Assembly: GCA_965213925.1 (NCBI GenBank)
Contig: OZ243927.1
Coordinates: 256,001-320,000 of the forward strand
Reading direction: 5' to 3'
DNA from: Trueperaceae bacterium
GTDB taxonomy: Bacteria > Deinococcota > Deinococci > Deinococcales > Trueperaceae
DNA: 64,000 bases
This document shows, one piece after another, positions 40,408 through 49,989 of the stretch. The notes below the pieces were generated by a model. That model saw nothing but the letters and a program-made list of their open reading frames with translations, ran no database searches and was not told the origin of the DNA. The position numbers and the translations under genes are program-made. Each line of letters starts with the position of its first letter. The first letter of the stretch is position 1.

Positions 40408-41269
40408 AGAAACCCTCTTTAACTTCCGCTACAGTGAATACTGGATGGGGCGCAGCGGCCTCACCTTCAACGTTGAAAAAGTTTTGTTTCAAGAAACGAG
40501 CGACTTTCAAGAGGTCGCGGTATTGCAAACGGACGCCTTCGGCAACCTCTTGACCTTGGACGGCGTCGTGATGTTCACCCAATACGACGAGTTCGTCTAC
40601 CACGAGATGATGGCGCATCCGGCGTTAGCGCTCTTGGGCAACCCTGAGCGCGTGCTGATTATCGGCGGAGGAGACGGCGGGGTGGCGAGAGAGGTGTTGC
40701 GCTACGAGAGCGTTGAGCGCGTAGACCTCGTGGATATCGACGGCATGGTCGTAGAGGTCTCGAAGCGGTTTTTCCCGGAGGTCAGCGTGAGCCTCACCGA
40801 CTCGCGCCTCGATCTGCATATCGCAGACGGCGTCCAGTTCGTCAAAGAGGTCGAGCCGAATACCTATGACCTCATCGTCGTGGACTCGACTGACCCCATC
40901 GGCATCTCGGAGGGGCTTTTCACCAAAGACTTCTACAACGACTGCTTGCGCATCTTGAATGAGCGCGGGCTCATCGTCGTGCAGTCCGAGTCGCCTTTTG
41001 ACGCTAACAACGCGCACGTCGTGAAAGAGGTCAGGCACTTCTTCGACGAGCTGTTTCCGGTTGCGGCAACCTATCTAGCCTTCATCCCTACCTACGCGAT
41101 GGGGATGTGGTCGTTTACGCTGGGTTCTAAAAAACTGCATCCATTAGAAGACTTGGACGCTCGAGCGTTACCCTTCGCGGCTGACCTCCGCTACTACACG
41201 CCCGAAGTCCACCGCGCCGCCTTCGCACTGCCCGCGTTCGTCCAACGTCTAGTTCAAGCGTCCGGTTGA
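40397..41269 (+). CDS. speE: Spermidine synthase (polyamine aminopropyltransferase)
   Basis: LTLDGVV, DEFVYHEMMAH, VLIIGGGDGG, DID and YDLIVVDSTDP motifs. Confidence 0.94.
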   Translation: MIPAETLFNFRYSEYWMGRSGLTFNVEKVLFQETSDFQEVAVLQTDAFGNLLTLDGVVMFTQYDEFVYHEMMAHPALALLGNPERVLIIGGGDGGVAREVLRYESVERVDLVDIDGMVVEVSKRFFPEVSVSLTDSRLDLHIADGVQFVKEVEPNTYDLIVVDSTDPIGISEGLFTKDFYNDCLRILNERGLIVVQSESPFDANNAHVVKEVRHFFDELFPVAATYLAFIPTYAMGMWSFTLGSKKLHPLEDLDARALPFAADLRYYTPEVHRAAFALPAFVQRLVQASG

Positions 41270-42411
41270 GGACTCGAGGGCGCATTCGGAATCTCGTTGC
41301 CGACGGATTGCACCTGTAAAGTGCGCACCAGGTCGGTCTTGCTCAAAATGCCGGTCATCTTGCCCGCCTCGTCAACCACAATGAGCCGCCCGAGGTCGTT
41401 CTGGTTGATGCGCTTAAAGGCTTCTAGCGCGTCCTTATCCTCGGTAATCGTGTTGACCTCTTTGGACATGATCTCGCCCACGGTCGCCTCGTCATCCAGA
41501 CCTCTCGCGTGCTGGAGCTTGACCATCCCCACAAGCTGTTCGCCGTCCAAAACCGGATAGCCTAAGTGCTTCTTGAAAAACATCAGCTTGATGAGTTGCG
41601 CCACAGGCATGTCCGGCTCGACGGACACGACCTCTCTGGTCATCAGGTCGCGCACGCGGATACCCGAAAGTAACTCGGAGACCTGCGCGTACTGCGTCTC
41701 GCTCCGCACGGCGCTGTAGATGAAAAAGGCGATGATGACCAGAAAGATGCTGAGGTTAAGCAGCCCGTAGATGCCTAGCAGAATCGCGATGAAGCGGCTC
41801 ACGCTGGCTGAAATCTGCGTGGCGCGAAGGTAGGGCATCCGCAAGGCGAGGAGCGAGCGGAGCACCCGCCCGCCGTCTAAAGGCAGTGCGGGCAAGAGGT
41901 TGAAAATTGCTAAAAATACGTTTTGAAAAGTTAGAAAGGCGAGGACGAACTGAACAGAGTCGGCGCTTCCCGGCGTGATTTGCAGGAGCACCCACGACAC
42001 GCCCGCCACGAGCAGACTCGTGATCGGTCCCGCGATGCCGACAATCGCCTCCGCCCCGCGCTGACGCGGCATCTCGTTAAACTGCACGACGCCGCCCAGA
42101 AACATCAGCGTGATGTCTTTGACCTCCACGCCGTAACGCCGCGCCACCACCGCGTGCCCGAGTTCGTGCACCGCCACGCCCACGAAGAGCCCCAGCGTCG
42201 AGAGGAAGCCGAGCCAGTACGGGGTCGCGCCGCCGCCGATCATGCTGAAGTCGATAGAGGTGTTTAGGAGGCTATTAAAGATGCGCGTGAAGACGCCCAC
42301 CTGGATGCCCACGATCCAGGTGAAGAGCGCCAGGATGAACAAAAAGGAGATGTCCAGGCGAAGGGGTATGCCCAGGAGTTTGAAGGGGAGAGTATAGGAG
42401 TTTTTGAACAT
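41254..42411 (-). CDS. Site-2 protease (M50) with C-terminal CBS pair
   Basis: HELGH, AGP and FNLLPALPLDGGR motifs, then two CBS repeats. Confidence 0.93.
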   Translation of the reverse strand: MFKNSYTLPFKLLGIPLRLDISFLFILALFTWIVGIQVGVFTRIFNSLLNTSIDFSMIGGGATPYWLGFLSTLGLFVGVAVHELGHAVVARRYGVEVKDITLMFLGGVVQFNEMPRQRGAEAIVGIAGPITSLLVAGVSWVLLQITPGSADSVQFVLAFLTFQNVFLAIFNLLPALPLDGGRVLRSLLALRMPYLRATQISASVSRFIAILLGIYGLLNLSIFLVIIAFFIYSAVRSETQYAQVSELLSGIRVRDLMTREVVSVEPDMPVAQLIKLMFFKKHLGYPVLDGEQLVGMVKLQHARGLDDEATVGEIMSKEVNTITEDKDALEAFKRINQNDLGRLIVVDEAGKMTGILSKTDLVRTLQVQSVGNEIPNAPSSPQPDA

Positions 42412-42460
42412 ACCTTAGTGTATGAGGTGAGGTGTGAAAAATCTGTCATACGGGGAGGGG

Positions 42461-43495
42461 TTAGACCTCATCCACCTTGAAGGTTTCGTCGCCTTTCGGT
42501 TTGATGAGCTTCCAGATGACCTCGTCGTAAGGTTTATCGTCCATCATTTTGAAGAGGATGCCAGGATAGGTGCAGGTTTTGAAATACGCGGCAGCCTCTT
42601 TGCGTGAGGCGAAGTCACTCTTATACTCGCTTCGGCTTACCTCTTCAATCTCCTCGTACTGCGCCCTCAAATTCCCCTCGACCGCTTTGACCCAAGCATA
42701 AAACTCATCGGGGACGCGCTCGAGTATCTCATCCAACGACTTGCCCTCTTTGAGAACTTCCCAAATATGCTTAGGATTAAAGCCCGTAATCAAGCGGTGA
42801 AGGCGTACGTACTCCTCCAACTTAACCTTGACGCGCAATCCGCTTTCAAAGAGAACGACGAAACCTTCTGCGTCGTCTCGCTCCATGTTCCGCAAAGCAT
42901 GATAGTCATCTATGCTGTCAAAGCGCCTGGCGAGTGGAAAACCGAGATGAGCGAAGTCATTCAAATCAAACTCACGCCCCGTTGCTGTTTCACGTACTGC
43001 GAGCAAGATGAGGTTGCGCTCTACGCCGTAATCCACCACGATGCGGTTTTCGGGATAGATGATTTCGAAGAGGTAGGTGAGCGCGTCATCAAAAGGGTCA
43101 GCGCCTTTCAAATGCTCCCTAAGCATTTGCGTGCCGACTTCCGCTTGAGGGCTGGTGAACGAGCCGCGCGTGGCGAGGTAAGGGACGCCCTCGCGCTTGT
43201 AAAGTATGCCGAGAGAACCGTCTAACTTGTCGAAGATTTTGAAGGGTTCATTCGGGAGGTCTTCGGGGTCGTGCTGCTCGAGGTTGAAAAATTTAGGAAA
43301 AGGACGCGCAATCACGGTGTCGCTGCTGTTCACAATCAGACCTCGGCACGCCTTCGTTACGGGCGTCCACACGTTGTCGTACTGGCATTTAGCGGTGTAG
43401 TTGTAAAGCTTGAGCGTGCCACTCGGATGAATGACTCCGCGGATATGACCTTCGTCGAGGTGTGGTTGCAGTTCAGAACGGTTAAAGGTCCACAT
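42461..43495 (-). CDS. T4 Rnl1-like (RnlA family) RNA ligase
   Basis: CRGLI, ARPFPKFFN, KLDGSLG (motif I), FEII.P.NRIVV, EGFVV and RVKVK motifs; start at MWTFN after AGGAAGG. Confidence 0.88.
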   Translation of the reverse strand: MWTFNRSELQPHLDEGHIRGVIHPSGTLKLYNYTAKCQYDNVWTPVTKACRGLIVNSSDTVIARPFPKFFNLEQHDPEDLPNEPFKIFDKLDGSLGILYKREGVPYLATRGSFTSPQAEVGTQMLREHLKGADPFDDALTYLFEIIYPENRIVVDYGVERNLILLAVRETATGREFDLNDFAHLGFPLARRFDSIDDYHALRNMERDDAEGFVVLFESGLRVKVKLEEYVRLHRLITGFNPKHIWEVLKEGKSLDEILERVPDEFYAWVKAVEGNLRAQYEEIEEVSRSEYKSDFASRKEAAAYFKTCTYPGILFKMMDDKPYDEVIWKLIKPKGDETFKVDEV

Positions 43496-43711
43496 ATCGT
43501 TTAGATTCCTTCCTGTCAAATCATAGAAGGATAGTATAGCGGCTCGAGGAGAATACTCCCAGTTATTTGACCTGTTCTATCAACAGCTTTATGCTTGAAT
43601 CCGGGACAGGAACTCATCTTTTGAAAGATGGGCTCTTGTACATTTTTCCTCGCTGAAACTATTGAGCCTTGCGAATTATCTTAGGTTGTCACGAAGATTT
43701 GTCTCTAAAAC

Positions 43712-45124
43712 CTAAGTCACTGCGCGTTCCGACGAACCAGAACTCACCTCACGCCCGCCACCCACCCGGTACGCCGCTACTACCGCCCCCACTACCAGCA
43801 ACAAATTCACCCCAAAAATCACCGCAATCCCAAGCTGCTGCCCCCACTGAACCCCTACTGCAAACGCGAGCAGCGCCCCACCCACCCCGGTACTCAGCGC
43901 CGAGGTGAACTGGTCGGCAATCTGCAAAGACGCCGACACCGCGCCCTCCTCACCTTCGGGCGCGAACGCAAAGGCTAAGACCGAACTCGTGGAGTGCGAC
44001 ACGCCCATCCCGAGCCCGCAGAGCAGCCAGCCCGAGATGGTGATGAGTAGAGGTACGACGTTCACGAAGAGGGCGAAAAGTTGCACGCCGATGCCAGCGG
44101 ATAAAAAGAGCGTGCCGAGGACTAAGCGCTGCCTCCGCCTCGAGCCCTTCTCCCCTTCGGGCGAGTGCTCGTCCCAGTAGTCTTGGAGCCACGAGCCCAC
44201 CGTCCAACTCACTGCGCCCGTGGCAATAGCAACGCCTGTAAGCGAAGACGAAAGCCCGTGCACATCCGTTAGAGCGAGGACCAAAAACGCTTCGGTAGCG
44301 ACGAAGGCGGCGTACATGAGACCTCTTGTGGCGATGACGGAGCCTAAGCTCGAGCCGAGCGTCAGTGTTCCGCTAGGCAAAAGCGCCCGCAAACTAGGTA
44401 CTGTGAATGCTACGCCGACGATGACCATTACACTAGCGACCCAGAGGGTCGAAAGCGACAGACCGCTGATGAGGAGCCCTGCGCCCAAGACAAGACTCGC
44501 AGCGGGGCGCAGACGGCTCGAGCGCTCCCCTTTGCCCTCCAGCCTGAGAAACGCCCGCGCTGTTAGCAGCGCGACTAACGCCAGCGGCGGCACCATCCCC
44601 CAAAAGACCACGCGCCAGCCGAAGAGGTCGGCGACGAAGCCGGCGGCGGTGGGTCCGAGCAAACCGGGCAAGACCCAGGCGCTCGAGACCAGCGCCATCA
44701 TCCGGGGGCGGAGCGCGTCGGCGTAGGCGAGGTTGATGGCGAGGTAAAAGCAGGTGACAAGTGCGCCGCTGCCCAACCCCTGTACCGCTCTGCCCGCGAT
44801 GAGAACCGGCATCGTCGGCGCGAAACCGCTGATGAGAAGTCCCGTGCCAAAGAGGACGATGCCCACCAAAAGAGGGAGCCCCGGACCTCTTTTATCGGCT
44901 TGCTGTCCGCCCACCGTGATGCCCAAAAGCGAGGAGAGCAAAAACGCGCTGAATATCCAGCCGTAGAGCGCCATGCCGTCTAGCGCTCTGGCGATTTGCG
45001 GCGCGACGGTGACGACGGCTAAGGCTTCAAACGCAATGATGGTGACGCCTAAGATGACGCCTATAGTGAGCCCTCGGTGTTGTTTATCGAAGACTTGATT
45101 CGGGTTAGCCGCAGGCTTATTCAC
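43712..45124 (-). CDS. MFS transporter
   Basis: Many transmembrane segments; G..ADKRG, GRAVQGLG and WVLPGLLGP motifs. Confidence 0.9.
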   Translation of the reverse strand: MNKPAANPNQVFDKQHRGLTIGVILGVTIIAFEALAVVTVAPQIARALDGMALYGWIFSAFLLSSLLGITVGGQQADKRGPGLPLLVGIVLFGTGLLISGFAPTMPVLIAGRAVQGLGSGALVTCFYLAINLAYADALRPRMMALVSSAWVLPGLLGPTAAGFVADLFGWRVVFWGMVPPLALVALLTARAFLRLEGKGERSSRLRPAASLVLGAGLLISGLSLSTLWVASVMVIVGVAFTVPSLRALLPSGTLTLGSSLGSVIATRGLMYAAFVATEAFLVLALTDVHGLSSSLTGVAIATGAVSWTVGSWLQDYWDEHSPEGEKGSRRRQRLVLGTLFLSAGIGVQLFALFVNVVPLLITISGWLLCGLGMGVSHSTSSVLAFAFAPEGEEGAVSASLQIADQFTSALSTGVGGALLAFAVGVQWGQQLGIAVIFGVNLLLVVGAVVAAYRVGGGREVSSGSSERAVT

Positions 45125-45288
45125 GTTGCACGGTTCTCTCCTCGAGCCGATGATTGAGCAAGCTCTATCTCAACTTTCCAGGGTAAAGCCAGAACGCTCT
45201 AGCAGACTGAGTCTGCACTTCCCATCTCGAGCCCAAGCACGTGACGCATCCGTTTGCCCTCTCTCTTCCGACATGAGACAATACCTCT

Positions 45289-47452
45289 ATGACTACGCTG
45301 AGCAGCGCCCAGCACATCCTCTCATCCGTCTACGGCTACAGCGCCTTTCGCGGCCATCAGGCGGAAGTGGTCGAGCACATCGCGGCGGGTGGGGACGCCT
45401 TTGTTTTGATGCCGACGGGCGGCGGCAAGTCGCTCTGTTATCAGATTCCTTCAATGGCGCGGCGCGGCGTGGGGATTGTCGTGTCACCTCTTATCGCGCT
45501 GATGAAAGACCAGGTGGACGCGCTCTTGCAGCTTGGCGTTAAGGCGGCGTATCTGAACTCGAGCCTCACCTCTTCGGACGCTTACAAAGTTGAGAACCAG
45601 CTCCTACGCGGCGAGCTTGACCTCTTGTATGTCGCCCCCGAACGCCTCTTGACGCCGCGCTTTTTAGACCTCTTGGGGCGCAGCCAGATTGCGCTCTTCG
45701 CTATTGACGAGGCGCACTGCGTCTCGCAGTGGGGACACGACTTTCGCCCGGAGTATCGCGGCTTGGCGCTCCTTGCTGAACGTTACCCAGAGGTGCCACG
45801 TCTAGCGCTTACGGCTACCGCCGACGAGGTCACGCGGCGCGACATCGTGGAGCGGTTGCACCTGACAAAGGCGCGGCAGTTCGTCTCGTCCTTTGATCGC
45901 CCGAATATTCGCTATACCGTCGTGGGTAAGAACAACGCGAAGCAGCAGTTTTTGGACTTCTACAAGCGCGAACACATGAACGACGCGGGCATCGTCTACT
46001 GCTTGTCGCGCAAGAGCGTGGAGAGGACAGCGGAGTGGCTCATTAAGCGCGGGCTAAAGGCGCTGCCCTATCATGCTGGGCTGACGAGCGAGATGCGCCA
46101 GCGGCATCAAGAGCGGTTTTTGTTAGAGGAGGGCGTCGTGATGGTGGCGACGGTGGCATTCGGGATGGGGATTGACAAGCCGGACGTTAGATTTGTGGCG
46201 CACCTCGATTTGCCCAAAAGCCTGGAAGGTTACTACCAAGAGACCGGACGCGCCGGGCGCGACGGGCTGCCCTCGAACGCCTTTATGACCTACGGTTTAG
46301 CGGATGTGGTGATGCTCCGGCAGATGTTGGCGCAGTCCGAAGCGAGCGAGGAGTTTAAGCGGATTGAGCATCGGAAGCTCGAGGCTTTACTCGGTTACTG
46401 CGAGTCCCCTAGATGTCGGCGGCAACTGCTTCTCTCGTATTTTGACGAGACCTTAACGAATTCCTGCGGCAACTGCGACACGTGCTTGAACCCTGTTGAA
46501 ACCTGGGACGGCACGGTGGCGGCGCAAAAGGCGCTCTCGGCGGTCTACCGCACAGGGCAGCGTTTTGGCGCAGGGCACGTGATTGACGTGCTTTTGGGTA
46601 AGAACACGCCGCGCATGAAGAACTTGAAGCACGACGAGTTGAGCACCTTCGGCGTCGGTACGGAGTTGGATGAGAAGCAGTGGCGCTCGGTGCTGCGGCA
46701 GCTCGTTTCGTGGGGCTATTTGACGAGTAATGGGGGCGGCTACGGCTCCTTACTCCTCACCCCGCAGAGCGCCGCCGTTCTGAAGGGTCAAGAGACCGTC
46801 TCGTTTCGGCGCGACCCGAAACCTGTGAAAGAAGAGCGCGGCGAGCAATAGAGCGGTTGAACTGACAGGGGGGACGCTCGAGTTATTCAACGCCCTACGC
46901 GGCTTACGTACCGATCTCGCCAAAGAGCAGAGCGTTCCTCCTTACGTCATCTTTCATGACGCCACGCTTAAACAGATGGCGGAGGTCGTGCCGCAGAGCT
47001 TGGGCGCGATGAACGCGATTACTGGGGTAGGGAAGACGAAGTTGGAACGCTACGGCGAAGCGTTTTTAGAGGTCTTGCAGGGATACGCGGACAGCGCACC
47101 CGAACCCACCTCAACTGTTACCTCTCTACCTTTGGAACCCACGGACGATGACCTCGACACCTACGAGCAGACCTTACAACTCGTTTTAGCAGGGCGTACG
47201 CTCCAAGAGGTGGCGAGCGAGCGCAATCTCAAGGTGCGCACGGTGGAGAACCATCTGGCGGAGTTGGTCTCGAGAGGTCAGCTCACCGCCCAAGAGGCGA
47301 CGAAGCTGCCGAAAGAGGAGATTGCGAGGATTGAATCTGCCTTTTTCAACCTGCCCGAAGAGGAGAAGCCGTATCTGAGACCTCTTTTTGAGAAGTTAGA
47401 GGAGCGCTACGACTACAGCGTGTTGAAATGCGTGCGGGCGGGGCTAGGGTAA
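45289..47452 (+). pseudogene. recQ: DNA helicase RecQ, split by a frameshift near 46828-46851 (helicase+RQC / HRDC+HTH)
   Basis: [23 protein letters not shown] and [10 protein letters not shown] in 45289-46851; the HRDC domain (LFNALRGLR..LAKEQSVPPYVIFHDATL) continues in the +1 frame to 47452. Confidence 0.85.
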
Positions 47453-47469
47453 GGGGCGCGGTCTTCTAC

Positions 47470-47737
47470 TTGACAAAGCGCCCCGCACCCGTCACATTGG
47501 GAGCTATGTCAATGGTCACCGCACGGCTTTAACCGGGTGAATGCCAACTTGAACTGGGCGACTCGAGCGACTTGCTCGAGCGTCCTGTGCTCTAGCTTAT
47601 GTCATCCCATCTACCTCTAAAAAATTTGCCTCTCACATGCGTGAGACTTTACTCGTGTAGAACGTTATCGGTCTAAAACGCTATTCGCCGGCGACGTGTT
47701 CGCGCCGAGTGAGGTCTCGCCGTTTGGACGGTGACCT
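47470..47737 (+). promoter_or_regulatory. Promoter and leader-peptide translational attenuator
   Basis: TTGACA-N17-CACATT-N7-ATG; uORF 47506-47532 (MSMVTARL); the uORF can pair with the sequence just before the MFS start. Confidence 0.6.
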
Positions 47738-48976
47738 TTGCTTCACTCTCTTCCAAACCCTTCCGCCTACCGCGTCTACCTGATCTTTTCAGGCGCGTCC
47801 GCCCTCTCGTTCACGCTCTTCGGTCTGCTCTCGGCGGTCTACCGCTTCGAGACCGCCGGGCTAGGTCCGCTTCAGCTCATCTTGGTGGGCACGGTGCTCG
47901 AGCTTTCGGTCTTTCTGTTCGAAGTGCCTACCGGTGTCGTCGCGGACGTGTACGGACGCCGCCGCAGCGTCATCATCGGGACGGTGCTGATTGGAGCGGG
48001 GTTCGTGCTCGAGGGAGCCTTGCCCCTCTTCGCGACGATTCTGCTCGCCCAGGTGATTTGGGGCGTCGGCAACACCTTCGAAAGCGGCGCGTTAGAAGCT
48101 TGGATTGCCGATGAAGTTGGGGAGGAGCGGGCAGGTAAAGCGTTTTTGCGCGGCGCACAGGTGGCGCAAGTCACCTCGCTCGTCGCGGTGCCTCTCGGTG
48201 TCGTTTTGGGCAGCCTCTATCTGGGGTTACCTATGCTCGTTGCGGGCGGCGGATATGTACTGCTCGCCTCCTTCCTCGCGCTGCGGATGCCCGAACACGC
48301 CTTCGTGCCCGAGCAAGACGCTACGCGCGGACCCTTCGGCGCGATGCGGGGAACCTTGGGGCGAGGCTTTGACGTCGCGAGGCGCAAGCCCATCATCCTG
48401 ACGCTATTCGTCATCACGGCAATTGTCGGCGCGTCCTCCGAGACGTTTGACCGGCTGTGGGAGGCGCACTTCTTGGCGAACGTTGGTTTTCCGGCGCGGT
48501 TCACCCCGGTCGTCTGGTTCGGTCTTATCAACGCTGCACTTATGCTCGTAACACTCGCTGTGACGGAGGTCGTACGGCGGCGCGTTGATACAAACACTCA
48601 TATCGCGGTGGCGCGCTCACTCCTCGTGATCAACGCGCTTTTAACGCTCAGCACGGTGCTCTTCGGGCTCGCCGGTAATTTCTGGCTGGCGCTCGCCTGT
48701 TACGGCGCGTCGGTCGTGCTGAGGACGACGCACCGCCCCCTCTTCCGGGCGTGGCTCAATCAGCGGCTCGAGCCCAAAACGAGAGCCACGGTTTTCAGCA
48801 TGAACGCGCAGATAGACGCGCTCGGTCAGATTGTTGGCGGACCCCTTTTAGGGCTCGTCGCTACCTTTTCTGGCATCCCTACAGCCCTTGTGCTCTCGGG
48901 GTTGCTCCTCTTGCCAGCGAGCTACCTCTATCTGCGCACGCTGAGGCGTCCGTCGGCCCGAGAAGGGGCGAGGTAG
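47738..48976 (+). CDS. MFS efflux transporter, TetA(P)-like
   Basis: SAYRVYL, LQLILVGTVLE..VFLFEVPTGVVADVYGRRRSVIIG, SGALEAWIADEVG and SE.FDRLWEAHF motifs. Confidence 0.8.
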   Translation: MLHSLPNPSAYRVYLIFSGASALSFTLFGLLSAVYRFETAGLGPLQLILVGTVLELSVFLFEVPTGVVADVYGRRRSVIIGTVLIGAGFVLEGALPLFATILLAQVIWGVGNTFESGALEAWIADEVGEERAGKAFLRGAQVAQVTSLVAVPLGVVLGSLYLGLPMLVAGGGYVLLASFLALRMPEHAFVPEQDATRGPFGAMRGTLGRGFDVARRKPIILTLFVITAIVGASSETFDRLWEAHFLANVGFPARFTPVVWFGLINAALMLVTLAVTEVVRRRVDTNTHIAVARSLLVINALLTLSTVLFGLAGNFWLALACYGASVVLRTTHRPLFRAWLNQRLEPKTRATVFSMNAQIDALGQIVGGPLLGLVATFSGIPTALVLSGLLLLPASYLYLRTLRRPSAREGAR

Positions 48977-49388
48977 CGCTTTCTCACCTCTTTGTCGCTA
49001 CGGAGTAGTGGACGCTTGGTCGTTCGTAATTGACCTGAATGTCTTGGGCACCAGACGACCGAGCGCCTATCATCCCTTTGAAGCTGCAACTGAAACGCGC
49101 TCACCCGGTATCTAAAGGCTCCTCTGGGCGCTTGGGACAGATGGAGCTAGTAGCGCAACCGGCTAGAGGTCGCTTAGATGCGCCTTTCTGCACCGCTATG
49201 ACCGTAAGCGCCCTTCACCTCACCCCTAAGGGTGAGCGTTGAAGGATAGCGTATAAACTACATAGCTTTGCCTAAACAACGTTGTGCGAAACCGCTAGCC
49301 TCAATACAGCTTGGCAGACTAGCACTTGCGGGGATATCAACCTATTTCGGCGTGTCTCAAGGTTGCTGAGCGTGGTAAACTCCTCCTC

Positions 49389-49898
49389 ATGCGTACTCTT
49401 TTCAGCGTAGTCATAGGTATCGCCTTTACCTTGTCGCTCGCGCTGGCCTATCAGGGCTCGGAGGCTGCGGAGGCGCAGCAAGAGCGCGGCGCAGACCTCT
49501 ACGCGCTGCGCTGCGCCGTCTGTCACGGCGCAACCGGGCAGGGTCTAGCCGAAGCGCGGCTCGCCTTTCCCGAGGACCACAGGCGCTGCTCGAGCTGCCA
49601 TAAAAGGGGCAACCCCGCGCTCATGGCGAACCCTTTTATAGACAACAACATGTTCGACGTCGGTGACGCGCCCGCGCTCGTCGGCGAAGGTATGGCGGCG
49701 TTTCCCAACGCCGCCGTGCTCTACAGTTATATTCACGCCGCGATGCCGCGCCACGCCCCGAGAACGCTCACGAACCAGGAGTACTGGGACATTACGGCGC
49801 ACGTGTTGGGGCTAAACCACGCCCTCCCCGAAGGCGTGACCTTAACCGAGCAGAACGCCGCGACGCTTCCCTTGAAAACCTTACCTACCACGTATTGA
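49389..49898 (+). CDS. Exported c-type cytochrome
   Basis: Signal peptide, CAVCH, a second CSSCH, and AAMP axial Met; leaderless TAAACT-N7-ATG. Confidence 0.82.
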   Translation: MRTLFSVVIGIAFTLSLALAYQGSEAAEAQQERGADLYALRCAVCHGATGQGLAEARLAFPEDHRRCSSCHKRGNPALMANPFIDNNMFDVGDAPALVGEGMAAFPNAAVLYSYIHAAMPRHAPRTLTNQEYWDITAHVLGLNHALPEGVTLTEQNAATLPLKTLPTTY

Positions 49899-49904
49899 GG
49901 TAGA

Positions 49905-49987
49905 TGAAAGTAAATATCATCCTCTAACATGCGTGCTGGACAATGCTTCGTGAAGTGAGAGCGTTTATGACCAGATGATACCTGCTA
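49905..49987 (+). repeat. Family A repeat, short subtype
   Basis: GTGAGAGCGTTTATGACCAGATGATACCTGCTA matches 7101-7133. Confidence 0.7.
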
Positions 49988-49989
49988 TC

